Shown: positions 12,641 to 26,400, counted from the first letter of the whole stretch. The stretch is DNA of 63,722 bases, filler included, from Reticulomyxa filosa (GCA_000512085.1; 17 parts of 17 records of this genome joined end to end with filler, not necessarily neighbours in it), one strand, 5' to 3'. Notes: generated by a model not told the origin, from the sequence alone. Made by a program: numbers and translations.

Positions 12641-15079
12641 AGTATTTTTGCTTCTGATTATATCTCCGGAAATTCTATTACTTTAATATAAATTTCTTTG
12701 GAAATTTCTTATGATCATTATTTTCGTTTTCCATAATGAGTATAGTGATCATTATTTTTGTTTTTATATTAAGTGCTTATGTGTCAATTAGAAACGTTCG
12801 TATTTCCTTTGCATTTTTATCTTTGAATTTTTCTATATGAACTGATCCTTCTGTTGTCATTTGTTAAAGCCATTTTGAGATAATTATTGTTGATATTGAT
12901 TTCTCTTCAATGTGTTATTATAGTTAAATTGTCGTTGTGGAGTATTTTGTCTATTATTTTTAAATTATCAATTTCACATACTTTTTTATACTTGATTGAA
13001 AATATTATTTCATTTGATTTTATCCTTGTCCAAAAAACAATATATGAACTTCATTAGAGTCGGTTTGTAAATATATCAATTATACAACGCAATTGTTGGC
13101 TTGTGATGAACTTTTTTTTGGAACAAAAAAACATATACAGCATCTATTATAAAATATTTTAAAATGTATTTCTTGAGAGGACAGAAAACAACTGAGATGC
13201 CATCAATTTATTAGCCCACTTAGTTATACCAATTCCAACAAATAAGGCTTTTCTTCTACAAAAGAAATAAACAATTAACTTAGTATGATTTACAAGCTAT
13301 TAAACAGGCATGAACTAATATTTTGCTTTTGTTTATAAAAGCAATATTTTTTCATGAGATCATCAAAAAAGTTGACTCGTTTTTGAACGTTACGCTATTC
13401 CTAACTTTAAATAGCAAGTAATGGTCATATCTTATGACATCAAGTTAAATTTAAACGATATTCCTTTTTTTTGATGTGTTATTATCTTTATTATTTTATG
13501 AATATTGAAAAATCGACAGCCAATTTAACCAATTTAGATTTAGCCAAGCCAAAATTGTATTGATAGTATCATAACATGGAATCTTAGTATTAATAAACGG
13601 TTTGTATGCGTAGTTATCATTGAAATGATTTAACAATAATAAGTCATTGCTGTAGAAACATTTACAAAACTATCACAGTGTCTGCAAATAAAAGTATTTG
13701 CTCAAAGATTTTGATTAAATGAAATAAATATTAATAAGAAAAAGAAAAACAAGTTTATCAGAATATAACAAGTTAATTATTTGAAATGTAAAAAAAAGAT
13801 AATACAATAATGTATTGACAATACATATATTAATCTCTGATTATCAATTGGTATGGCATATAATAAATAATTTATGTTTATAAAAAAAAGGGTCCTTTTG
13901 ATTGAAAGAGAATGGCTGTATGTAATATGAAAAAGCAGCTTTATAATACAACATAATATCTTTTATTTTTCAATGTGATTTGTTTTTGGGCTTTTTGAGT
14001 CTCATCACTCAATTAATATAAAAACACACAATTGATGAGACGTAATACTCATTTTTGTGAATTGCTCTTTCATTTTTTGTTATTTTTTAATGTCATGAAT
14101 AGTAAGAGTTTCAAAAAAATCTTCCAATGAGTCAATATCAAATGGGCTAATACCATCAATATTTTGCAAAGGCGATGAATATCTTTATTAAAAGTCTATT
14201 TCGCACACATTAACATTTATCGCCAATCGTTTTCATTATTTCTTCGATTTTTTTTAGATGTTACTTCTTTTTTTCAAAACTATTTTTTTTTTTCTTCAAC
14301 GTTTTTAATTTTTCTAATATAGCGTTTATCATCATTATCAGTATTGTATTTTTTCTTATTTTCATTTTTACTTTCAGACACTTTTTATTACTTCTCATTA
14401 TTTCCACTTTCACGTTCACTATCACTTTCATTTGTAGACACTTTTTTGCTTTTGCCTTCATTCTTTCTATCATTGTCGTTATCGTCCGTCACTCTTTCAA
14501 ATTTTTTGCGTTTGTTTTTGTTATATTTTTTAATTATCTTCTTCTTCAGTGTTTCTTTTGGCCTTCTTCTTCACATTCTCTTCGTTGTCACTCTCCTCCT
14601 TCTATCTCTTTTTCTTTTTCAACAGCATTCAACATAAATAAACATGATTGCCTATCACCATATTGATTACTTCATATTTTTTCCACTTTTCAACATTTTC
14701 TCTTTTTTTATCTTTTAAACATTCATCATCCAATTTTTTATCATTTTTATTAAATCTTCCAAATATTCGTCCCAACTTTCTTTTTTTATATTGTTTTGAA
14801 AGTCAGTACTATTTGCTCCTTTTGAATACACTTTTTTTCTTTGATTACCAAATATCTCTATTTTCATAAGATATTTTTCTTTATTCAAAGTAAGGAAAAA
14901 AAATAACTTTACAATGTTTTTTTTTGTTACAAGGACATGTCAACATATTGAGAGATCAAGTACATATGGTGATGGAAGTGTGAACATGACTATGGGAAAA
15001 CATCTTTAATTAAATTTTTGACGTACGAATACGCCAACGATTGTCGCTCAATCATCCAAAGAACTTAAATCAGCACATC

Positions 15080-16480
15080 GGTGGTTAAGTTCCTTGGATT
15101 AAGAAACAAGAATGCGTTGTCCAGAAAAGTATTAGCACATACATTTTCTGGAAATTTTAGGACATTATTTGTTCATTTTGCAGTTGGTGTTAATGAGCAG
15201 CAACTAATTCAACTAGCTCATAACTTCAATGATTCGAATAATGGACAAACGGAACAAAAATAAAATCAAGACGGTAAATAAAGAATTATGTAGGTATTGC
15301 GGATTTCACGAAGCAGTAAAATTCCGACATAAATGTGTTTTATGCCGAAAGCAGCATCCAAGTGATTCATTGCAATGTGTATCAAATTGACAAGGAAGGA
15401 AGAAGAAAAAGGCAAATATCATCGCTAAAACGTGAATTAGCAGAGATTAAGTCAGCAATTACAATCCTTTTGCAATCAATTAACCCAATGTTGATGCAGA
15501 TGGGATTGGAAATCGATCAAGAGAACGTTGCGAATACCAACATGTGAGCAGATCCATGATCAGCAGTCTATTAGTATTCCAGAATAACATCAACGGATTT
15601 TATTCCAAGGCCCAAACATTAGAACAAAATTTGCATCGAAGCAGCCCATATCTGTCTATTGCAAGAAGGATTTAAAGAAGAAGGATATCGATTATAATTT
15701 CCAGCATCTATATGTTCATCACTGGAGTGAAACAGTATTATATCGAAGAAATTTACGTTCCATTTCACGATCATTCACTAATATGCCTGATACATTCAAT
15801 GTATTTGGTTATGAATTGTGATTACAATTTGCTCAGAAAATAACAGAATATATTGTCATTGGGGAGATTGAATAACACAGATACATTAGACAAAGCAGAC
15901 AAAATGGCAATAAACCGTGGTGGAGTCTATTCCTACAGAGATCATAGTCAGTGCAAGGATCATAGACTTATGCAGCATATGATAAGACCAGAACAAGTGA
16001 AGTATCTTGGATTGTTCCTTGATTCTCATGTCAATTATGTCTATGGCAAGCAGCATTTGACTTACTTATGTTCATCAAAGGAGTTAGAGGATAAGTAATT
16101 CAAGATCCAAGTATGCCAAAATGTTGGAATTGGAATATCCAGCCAATATTGGATCAGAGATTGTAATATGTAGGAAATCATTACAGATTCCATCATGGCA
16201 GAGTGATTATCCTGACTGATTGCAAGTTTGGTATCAATACGTTATTTAACAAATGTCTATAAGTACCGATCATGGATTGTCGGAAGATCCTAAGATCATT
16301 TAATGAGGATATTTGGTGTGATACTATCGAGCATTTCCTGATGGAATGTTTGAATTACGTCGTAATTGGTGGACAATTGCTTCCAGATATCAATGTATTG
16401 TCCCTGTCAATGAAACAATTCATTATTGGGAAACCAGACGTCAGGATCAAAGTTGTGAAAGCAGTATCATAATTTGGCGG
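15080..16480 (+). mobile_element. Heavily deleted non-LTR retrotransposon (ORF1 Zn knuckles; ORF2 APE, RT, RNase H, CCHC)
   Basis: In order: CRYCGFHE..KCVLCRKQHPSDSLQC (~15289-15380); LVFQNNINGF..LLQE APE start (15571-15670); VKYLGLFLDSH (~16000); GRVIILTDCKF, RNase H-like (16197-16229); CDTIEHFLMECLNY (~16317-16358). Confidence 0.85.
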
Positions 16481-16489
16481 TTGTGGATC

Positions 16490-17830
16490 ACACGATTAGT
16501 CCAAGATTCCACAACATAGTCTAATAATATTTGATTATCTTGGTTCCACCATTGCAAATTCTTTTTCCATTCTTCCAATTCCAAGTATTTGTCACTTAAA
16601 TTCCATGTTTCTATTTCTGTTTCTTGGAAATTGTTGTTTATACATCAATGTCTTTGTCAAACCACGCAGAATGACGCAGTAATCTTTCTTGCTTCTTTAA
16701 TTTCATTTTCAAGCGCATCCAAATTGAAACAATTGCAGGAATATGAGCAATTTCATCTTCTTCTTGGTATTTGACTTCTTTTTTTTGAACATTTCCTGCA
16801 TTGGATGAAATGTGATTTTGGGTCTTTAATATTTGTTAAATACTTCGTTAAATCTAATTGTGATTACCTTTTCTAGAAATGGAAGAAGCCAACAGAAGAA
16901 ATATTAAACAAATTGGATGAAAAGATAATTGAAGTTGCAAACCTGATCCAGGACTTGGAGCAGGATTGGTGAATCACAACAATGATTGAAAGCGAAGCAA
17001 TTCGACAAGGGGTGTAATTCTTTCTGATTGTAAATTTGCTGTGAATGCGGACTCACTTCACAACAAATGCAACTCGGAAGCTTATAATTTTCCAATGGCA
17101 AAATGCCAAAGGTTGATGAAAGAATTTGGAGAAAATGGTGTTCCTGAGATTTATTGGATCAATGGAACCAACAAATGTCCCAAACAATATTTACGCAATC
17201 TTTTTTGCTGTTTAAATTTTTTGTTTTAATTTTCTTTGATTTGTTGAAAGAAGTAGATTGAATCTCAATATTTTATGAGACTTCAACACTTCGAAAACAA
17301 TTACTCAGCGGTTGAGCTCCTGTAATCCCCCTGATGATCCAAAATTGTTTTCACAACTGTTGGCTAATCTCGCCAATCAACATTTGAGACCATCATCAGC
17401 AAATATTCCACACTGAATATGTTGATGTTGATAAATCATTGATATACAATATAAACAATATTGGGGATAATGAGGAACACCATTATTGAATTCCATCCCA
17501 TTCAATACAACTCTTCATGTCGATCTGATAATAAGACATCAATTGTTCAAATCCTTCTCTTGGTATCAATCACAATTTGGCCGCTGCATTGACTTTGATT
17601 TTGCTCAGATGTCTCCGTTTTTAAGTCGGAGCCAAATGGACGTTCATAAAATGTGTTTTCGTTTATTCAATCCAAATGCCTCCACCAATATCAAGTTTTC
17701 CACAATGTACTGCAAAGCCGTTGTCACTAGTCCCCTATTCCAGCTTCATGGTATTGGACAGTCTTTTCATCATTCAGAACACAAAGAAGGAATCCAACAA
17801 TCTCAAACATTTAGATAATATCACAATACT
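16490..17830. mobile_element. Scrambled non-LTR retrotransposon remnant: RT core on minus, RNase H on plus
   Basis: Minus ~17560-17390: SDRH..VVLNG..GVP..LSPILFILYINDL..CGIFADD. Plus ~16940-17165: PDPGLGAG..VILSDCKFAVNA..KCQRLMKEFG..PEIYWI. Minus ~16610-16490: TWNLSDK..WKKNLQWW, linker-like. Confidence 0.78.
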
Positions 17831-18055
17831 TCCATTATTGTTGGACGATAAAGTGATGAACATCATATATATCTAGCTTTGGGCAGCTAGATAACATCAT
17901 AACAGTACTCAGGTAATGTTTTTATTATATATATATCGAAGTTTTCCTTATGTAATAGATATTCCCTGACTTTGAAACGGCAAAAGCATTAAGTAAGATT
18001 GATTAACTGATTCATGAAAGGTAATATATAAAATCCAAGTAAATATACGTAACAG

Positions 18056-18428
18056 ATTTGGTATACAATCAAAGAATACCGCTTATGTGTTGCTAATTGT
18101 TTCGCCACTTCTAATATCTTTTCAGCTTCATTCCTAATCTCAATGTCATTTTCATCATGTTCTCGTTTTTTTTCTTGAAATAATTTCTTATTGTTTCTGT
18201 ATTATCTCTATTTTTCTAATATAGTCAATGATTATTCATCACCAGATTTGTTTTTCTGTCTTTGTAGTTTTGCATTTAAATCTCCCATTAATAGCACTGT
18301 TTTTCCTATTTTTTGAAAAAGTTCACATGTCTGTTCTACATGATGTACATTTATTCTATCTTGTGGGAGAATGTATGCAAATATTAATGCTACTGGTATT
18401 GTTCTAAATATAATTGTCATTATATAAT
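18056..18428 (-). mobile_element. Inverted AP-endonuclease-like fragment inside repeat copy 1
   Basis: ALIFAYILP..VLLMGDLNAK, the GDxN motif of LINE APE domains. Its orientation is opposite to the flanking repeat when compared with copy 2. Confidence 0.7.
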
Positions 18429-20512
18429 GAATTTATAAAAATATTGGCAGAAAGATACCAACTAAATATCTAAATACAAGAGGAATTATAATAAAGTTAT
18501 CAATACTACCATTACTGGACAAGATGATATTAAACAGAATAACATATATATGCCCTACTTGAGATAAACGTATAAAGAGGAAAAATTATAAATGTAGAAA
18601 GATGAAATAGATAATAATATGTGACAAGTTGCCTCCTTTTTAGTATATTATATGTTGGTAATATGTCACAATGGCATAATAAATATCATACAAGATTATT
18701 ACAACAAATGGAAATTGAAAATAAATGTAAAAAAGAGCACATTAACATTAATAAATCAGAAAAAGGAAATAAAGCTGAACGTCTATTACCAGTGGAGACG
18801 AAAGAAGTCAAATACATATGAATAACATTTGATCTGAAAAATTTTCAATGGAATAAACAGTGCGAAGTACAAAGAGTTGCATACAATGGATTATAGTATG
18901 AAAGTCGCCAGTTGAAATACAGATTTAATACTATAAACAAGTTATAAGACCGATATTGGAATAAGGAACCAATATACAAACTGAATAATACATGAAGAAG
19001 ATTGAGGCAATCTAACATAAAATTTTAACAAAATAATGGAGACATATATAACAATAAGATACGCTGCAATGAGATCGATAATAGTGATAACATCCCTAAA
19101 AGCAATGATGGAAAAGATGTGGTACAAAATTATAAATGCAAGTTACGTATCTTTGAAGATTTCAGAAACATTGAACGGATTTTTAAAACATACTATCTAG
19201 TTTGTTTTTTTTTGGAAGGGTTAAGTTTTTCGTAGTAAAAAAAAACTAAACTATTGAAGAATGATCATGGTAATACCTTTTTTTTATACATTGTTTTTCC
19301 CCTAAAAAAAAGCTGTATTGCACCTGGCGTAGACATCAGAAGAAAGTATAAGCAGGGACAATCTGCCAACGAGACAATATTGAACGTCCGAACGAGCGAC
19401 TTGAGACGATTGAACGAACTGTTTTACAGGCCAGTGACGAAGCGAAATAATGTGAGACACGAATTGTTGGATGAGATTATATCGTGCAACAATGACTTTT
19501 TGTTCAGTTTACAGAAGTTGGCTGCTTCACTTGTTAGTTAAAACAAAAACAGAACAACCATTATCATTTTCTTTTTTGATGATTCGATTCTTTGTGCATG
19601 ACCTTGCTTGAGCTATGAAAACAACACGAAGGAGCACGAGAAAAGCGCTAACTAACAGTCGCTGTTCTTGCGAAACGTGGACAGTGAAAGATAAAGGCTA
19701 TTTACACTTTCGTCATTCTGAAATGCTGTCAAGTTTGATGTACAAGCCACTATTTTTACAATCGAGACTCAACTTTAGTATGTGGTGAATATGCACGTAT
19801 GTGTAAAAATCACTTTGTCATTTGTTTACGAAATAAATAAAATTGTATGCATTGACGTTATAAGTGTAATGAAAAAAAAAGACTGTCGACGTGGCGCAAT
19901 TCAACGCCATCTGGTCGCAAGTCATTTTTGCTACTCCAAATTGGCGAAGCCTGCGTGGTCGATATCTCCACCTTGCAAACATCCACCAGCAACCAGTTGC
20001 CACCCGATTTGAAACTCGCGCCGCGCAACGTTAGCGGTATGGACACCGCAAGATACATACTAGGTCGTCATCAAGTTAACGTCCGAATAAATCTCTTCCA
20101 TGGTCGGGAAATGTTCAGGTAGTTGTTGGACAACTACTTTTATCGCAAAATGCAAGAATTTGTTTGTTTGCAGCAGACCGAAAATAGAGTATTCTTGGTA
20201 CAGCTAGCACCGTCGCAGCGATGGCGAACACTGTCGACTCGATTTCACTGCAGTCGTCGAGACATCCGCAGTTTACGCGCAAACACGCATTTAAACAAAC
20301 TACAAATGTGATCGTGGAAATATACGGAAACAGATATAGAGAGCATGCTCGAGGAGGAAATGCACGAAGACGAAGAAGACGATGGCAATGGCGATGGTGA
20401 TGATGAAGATGAAGAAGAATGCAAATACAGCGCTGACGTCTTATCAATCAATGCGATTCACGAAAAGCCAGGCATTTTCAATAGGTGCCCAAGCTTTGGA
20501 ACGACACCACTA
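18056..20512 (+). repeat. ~2.5-kb composite repeat, copy 1
   Basis: Matches the reverse complement of 23689-26400 in many blocks, e.g. 19216-19275 vs 25072-25126, 19330-19620 vs 24745-25015, and 20060-20160 vs 24030-24125. Confidence 0.9.
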
Positions 20513-23500
20513 CAGCAGTGATTTGCTCTCTTTCGAACATATGTGCAAGAATTGGCTTCAACGACTGATATAAGTTTCCCCAATGCCGTCTTAATTCATT
20601 CCATGAATTCCATTGCTTTGAAAACTTATTTTTCGAATATGTTTTTTTTGGATGTTTTTCTTTTGAAGGCATCACAATTTTTTTAACACTACCTTTTTTT
20701 TTTAAATTGACAGCCAATCAGTTTAAGTTTTACTCTTTCAAACTAAAAATATATTTTTCCAAAAAAGCAGCATTCAAAAGGAAAAATAAGCTAAATCATA
20801 CAAAAGTATTAATGTATATAAGCAGTTGTCACAAGTAATTGTGTTTTATTTTCCAACTTAGATAGAATCAATGTTTTCTAGATCTCACGACCTACATTTA
20901 AGTTGAATTTTGACCTATTTTGTGTCTACTTTGCAATAACGAAGAAAAAAATGTGTATAGCTTAATTTGAATTAAATAATTCTGTGAGACGTGATATTGA
21001 AAAATCATCACAGTAAAAGATGTCTTATGTCTTGACTTATGAAAAATTACCAAATTTGCAAATTTTATTACGTTGTGCACAATGCATCTTGTTTATAATG
21101 AAATATTGACTTGTTGTGGATAGAACAGTAACCTTTGATACTTTTATCATACGTTAAAAAGACAATACAAATTGATTTGTTCGTATCATCAATGAATTCG
21201 ATTAAATGATGCAGTACTTGAGTTGGTCGATGAATATAAAATAAAAGTGTTAATTTGAGCTTAGTTAGTGATATTTTTTGTCTTATTTTTATTTTTATTT
21301 TCAACTAATACGAAAAAAAAATATTAATTTTTTCTTCTAGGATTCAACCATATGTATTCTAAATAATGCATATTATTATTTTATAAAGCAAATTTTATAA
21401 ACTCAAACTGAGAACAATTATTTTATAAGAATAAAGGAATGTCAAATATACAAATTGTTTTGCAGCTTTCACAAATAATTAACATATTCTTTGTACGTCA
21501 AATGTGAGTCAATTATTGTTCACATATATTTGAACTTATTTTTTTTGCAAATATAAGATAAAGGGATAGATAATGATAGATAATCTTTTTTTTATATTAA
21601 AAAATGTTATACATTGTGATTTTTCTGATAATAAAGAAATTTAATAGAAACTATGCTAAAGTAAATACAATTGATGTTCATAATGCAATGCAGTCAACAA
21701 ACATAACCATTGAATTAGTTTATGGAATATCATTAATATAAATAAAATGTTGAATTCGTATATTAGTAAATTAATACAAACACTATCTTATGCTGACAAA
21801 ATATCTAATATTGCTGCATGTGTTACTACATTTTTATCAAATGATTCATGAATTGATTATTATAAATTCATATGTGTTATATTAATATTGAAATTATGCT
21901 TAGTTTGACGCAATATTTGATTTTTATTTATAATCTAATTTGTTATAATTCATTTTATAGATTTTACATGAAGATAATAATGATATATTTTTACAAATAG
22001 TTTAACAATGATATTTTTATGCATTGCAACAACATTTTCTATGTTCAATGTTTTAGTGAAATAATAAATTATGTAACTCAAATTGGAGTAGTGATACTGT
22101 TAACTATAATATACAAAAGTTGAATAAATCTTAAACCAATATAATGCTATAACTTGAAAGCAATGACAGTGAAGTAATGCAATGAAGGATATAATCAATA
22201 GTAATTAGTAACAGTATCACAAAGGTGAAATCAAAATACATATCTATTTGCAAATATATATGATATAAATCTATCACTATGACGATCACAGTCAGTGTTT
22301 CATTACTGTCGCTATGATGGTAACTAACGCTAAGACTATTACTGCGACTGCAGCTACGACTAATCGTACTGCACAGTCACTTGTGTTATGCAGTACATAT
22401 TGTGACAAACATTTCACATTTGATTTTTTTTTTCTTATCGTCGTCCTGATTATTGTATTTTTTCTTTTTGTTCTTCTTCGATTTGACTTTTATCTAATGT
22501 GGCAATTATAATATCAAATGAAAAAACGAATAAATGAATGAATTTACTATTATTAGTGCAATTTAATTAAAAAAATTAACTCTAATATCGTATTCACTGT
22601 AAGTACAAAATGTTGTGTAATTTGATATACTTTTTTCAGTTGTTGGAGCTTTTGTGCATATAAAATTTGAGCGACGTCAGATTTGCCATTGCCACCTTTG
22701 TCATCTCCAATGATTGGCCAATACGACAGATCTTTAACTTTGTCATTGGTTCCATCTCTTGCTTTTGTGACTCGCGTAAATTTTTTTTTGAAACACAGTT
22801 TAATCAGGTCTAACACATAGTCAAGATAAGATAAACGTCATCTATATCAACACAGTCCAATGTCAATATACTCATTCCACAAAATATCAAAAAAATAATT
22901 AATAACTTGTTGGGACCGAAGAAAAAGCGATTGAAAACACAAAAAATAAAATGTTAACATGAACAACATTGGCGATGCCAGCGTCGATATCGATGGTATA
23001 TATCAACACTTATGCGGCCTCATTATACTGTAGCAAGTGGGTGAGCGCAGCATCCTTTACAAATATTGTGTCAGTATAGCGTTTGTCTCATTGCAGTGCA
23101 TACTTGTAAAAAAAAAAGATAAATTAATCAAAAAAAATTTTATAGTGAGCACTGCGATAATACCATACTGAAACTAAACAATACATGATGCATAACTGTC
23201 GAATTGAATGCTGTATGTGTCCATCATGTGCAAAGAGTATTTGTTCTAAACATGTTATACTTGGACACGCGTCTGATCTAGAACTTGCTGGGGCTTGCTC
23301 GACTGGGCAAATATTGAGCGTCATCAGCGTATGCTCATTGATCGCATACAGAAAACTTTGCAGGCCAATCAAATCCCGATAGTCGGCGTGGCAATGATAA
23401 TACTGCTACTTATTTTCACCACAACTAAGGCTTTTATTGCTGTTGTTACTTACTCTAGCATTCAAATTGGCATTCGCATTGTTAGTAACATTGAGATTGG

Positions 23501-23688
23501 TAGTGTGATTGATATCAGCGTGTGTGCATATTCAAAATATGACTTACATTTGCAATGTAATGCATGTAGTCATTGGCAATTGCAACGGAGTAAGACAGAA
23601 CAAGAAGCAACATGTTGGAAGGGAGGATTCATGTGAAAGATATATGTATATTTGTGGTGACAGCAGCAACACTGTCTCCAGTATATTT

Positions 23689-26400
23689 CGTAGTGGTGCG
23701 TTTCAAAGCTTGTGCACCTTATTGAGAATACCTGGCTTTTCGTAAATCACATTGAAGGACAAGACGTTAGTGCTGTGTTTACATTTTTCTTATTCGTCTT
23801 TGTGCATTTCCTACTCGAACATGCTACCTATATCTGCTTCCGCATATGTCCACGATCACATTGGTAATTTGTTCCAACGACTGTTCAAATGCATGGTTGC
23901 GCGTAAACTGCTGCTATCTCGACGACTGAAGTGAGCTTGAGTCGACAGTGTTTGCCATCGCCGCGGCCGGTGCAATACGCCATCCAGTTGTCCCAAGAGT
24001 GCTATGTTTTCGTGTTGCTACATACAAACAAACTCTTGCATTTTGCGATAAAGTAGTTATCCAACAAATGCGTTAACATTCGCTCAACTATGGAGTAGAT
24101 TTATTCGGACGTTAACTTGATGACCCGAGTACATGCCTTGATATTGTGATTTGCATCGGACTGTGTTTGCAAGGTGGAGAGATCGACCACTCAGGCTTCG
24201 CCAATGTGGAGTACGTTGTGTACGTACACTTGCGACCACATCAACAGCCTTTTTTTTTATTGCATTTATAACGCACATACATATAATTTTATTTATTTTG
24301 TAAACAAATGAAAAAATGGTTTTTACACATACCAAAGTTGGGGCTCGATGGTGGAAATGATGGAAGTCTTGACGTGATAGAATCGAGTCGGACCATCAAA
24401 TTCGATAGCACTTCGGAATGGCGGAAGTGCAAATAGCCTTTGTGATAAAACAAGGTCGATGTGCAACTACTCTTGGCAGAATCAATCGTCGACCACATGA
24501 GCTGCTCATTTCAGCTTGAAATACTTATGTATCAAACTTGGTGTTGTGCGCGTACACACGACCTTCGACGGTACTATTTCAGCATTTCAGCACGTGCCAA
24601 TTTGAGACATCCCAAACCAGCAACGGAATGAGTATATATGCCAAATTGCTCATTGTGATGTCTTTCACTGTCCACGTTTTGCAAGAGCAGCGGCCCTCTT
24701 CTCGTGTTCCTTCATGTTGTCTTCATTAGCTCTGGTTTCTGTCAAGCAAGATCATGCACAAAGAATCGAATCATCAAAGAAGAAAATGATAATGGATGTT
24801 TTTAACTAACAAGTGGTGCAGCCAGATTCTGCAAACTGAACAAAAAGCCATTGTTGTGCGATATCACATCATCTAACAATTTGTGTCGCACATCGCTTCG
24901 TTTCGTCACTGGCTTGTAAAAAAGTTCGTTCAATAGTCTCAAGTCGCTTGTCTGTGCGTTCAATGTCTCGCTGACAGATTGTTCTTTGCTTGTGCTTTCT
25001 TCTGATGTCTACGTCATGTGCAATACAGTTTTTTTTTTTAGGGAAAAAAAAACATGGACAGAAAAAAGATATTACCATGATCATTCTTCAATAGTTTTTT
25101 TTTTACTACGAAAACTTAACCCTCCCAAAAAAAAACTAGTACTTTCAACAGTTTTAAAAATCCAATTTAAGGTTTCTGAAATCTCCAAAGATAAAAATTG
25201 AATTGTTGTTGAATTTTTTTATCAGCTTATACTTTCGGATACTTATTCACTATACATCATACACACTATTAAGCTGCATGATCTCGAGCTTTGTATCTTT
25301 TACTTATCTGTATTATATTTCGTGCACATTATCAAATCTTTTATTCGCTTATTCCATTTTACTAATATTATGTCACATAATTGTAACATATTATATTCTC
25401 CATTGTTTTGTATATGCTATTGAGTAGCTAGTATATTTCCTTACTGTATAATTTGTATGTTCTGCTTATTGTACTCATATTCAGTTAGTAACTTCTTAGC
25501 ATATTCATTTTCATTTATAATTTTGTACAACCTCTTTTCTGCTCTTGCTTTTAGGGGTATCACTATCATCTATATCATTGCAGCGTATCTTGTTGTTATA
25601 TATGTTCACATTATTTTTGTTAAAATTTTATGTTAAATTGCCTCAATCTTCTTCATTCAGGTATTATTCAGTTTGTATATTTGTGTTTCGTATCCAGTAT
25701 TGGCATTATGAATTGTTTATATTATTTCAAATGGCAACTTTCATTGTATGCAACTCTTTATATTTTACACTGTTTATTCATTGAAAGTTTTTCATCAAAT
25801 ATTATTTTTACATTTATTTTCAATTTCGATTTGTTACAATAATTTTGTATTATATTTAATATGTCATTTAGTTCTTTTTGGTTTTGTGCAAATATAATAG
25901 TCATTTTGGTTGGTATTCATTGTATATTTTCTTATCAGGTATTGTTTCCTTTATTATTTATAATCAAGTCATTTATGTATATGCTAAAAAGAAGTAATTT
26001 GTCGCATATCCTTGTCTATTTCATCTTTCTACATTTATAATTTTTCATCTTTACCAGTTTATCTCAGGTAGAGTCTGTTCTATAATATGTGTTATTTTGT
26101 TTAATATCATCTTGTACAGTAATGGTAATATTGATGACTTTATTATAATTACTCTTGTATTCAGATATTTTAGTTATGTATCTTTCAGCCAATATTTTTA
26201 TAAATTCATTTGGTATATGCACTGTGTATTTATTTTTAATATCTTTTCAATGTCATTTTCATCATGTTCTCGTTTTTTTATTAAAATAATTTTTTAATAG
26301 TGTTCCTGTATTATATATTTTTCTAATATAGTAAATGATTATTCTTTCTGATTCATCATGCAGTTGATATCAGATATGTTTTCTAGTCTTTGTAGTTTTA
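23689..26400 (-). repeat. ~2.7-kb composite repeat, copy 2 (inverted relative to copy 1)
   Basis: Diverged reverse-complement copy of 18056-20512 with different deletions. Shared peptides include GHQVNVRINL, KGYLHFRHSE and CIAxxVDIRRK. Confidence 0.9.

Noticed and set aside
13195-13265. RRKALFVGI on minus resembling a metacaspase N-terminal strand
   Set aside because: Too short, with no His-Cys dyad nearby.
23185-23382. CPSC..IC..GH resembling an IBR/RBR finger remnant
   Set aside because: Fragmentary and frameshifted, so it cannot be supported.
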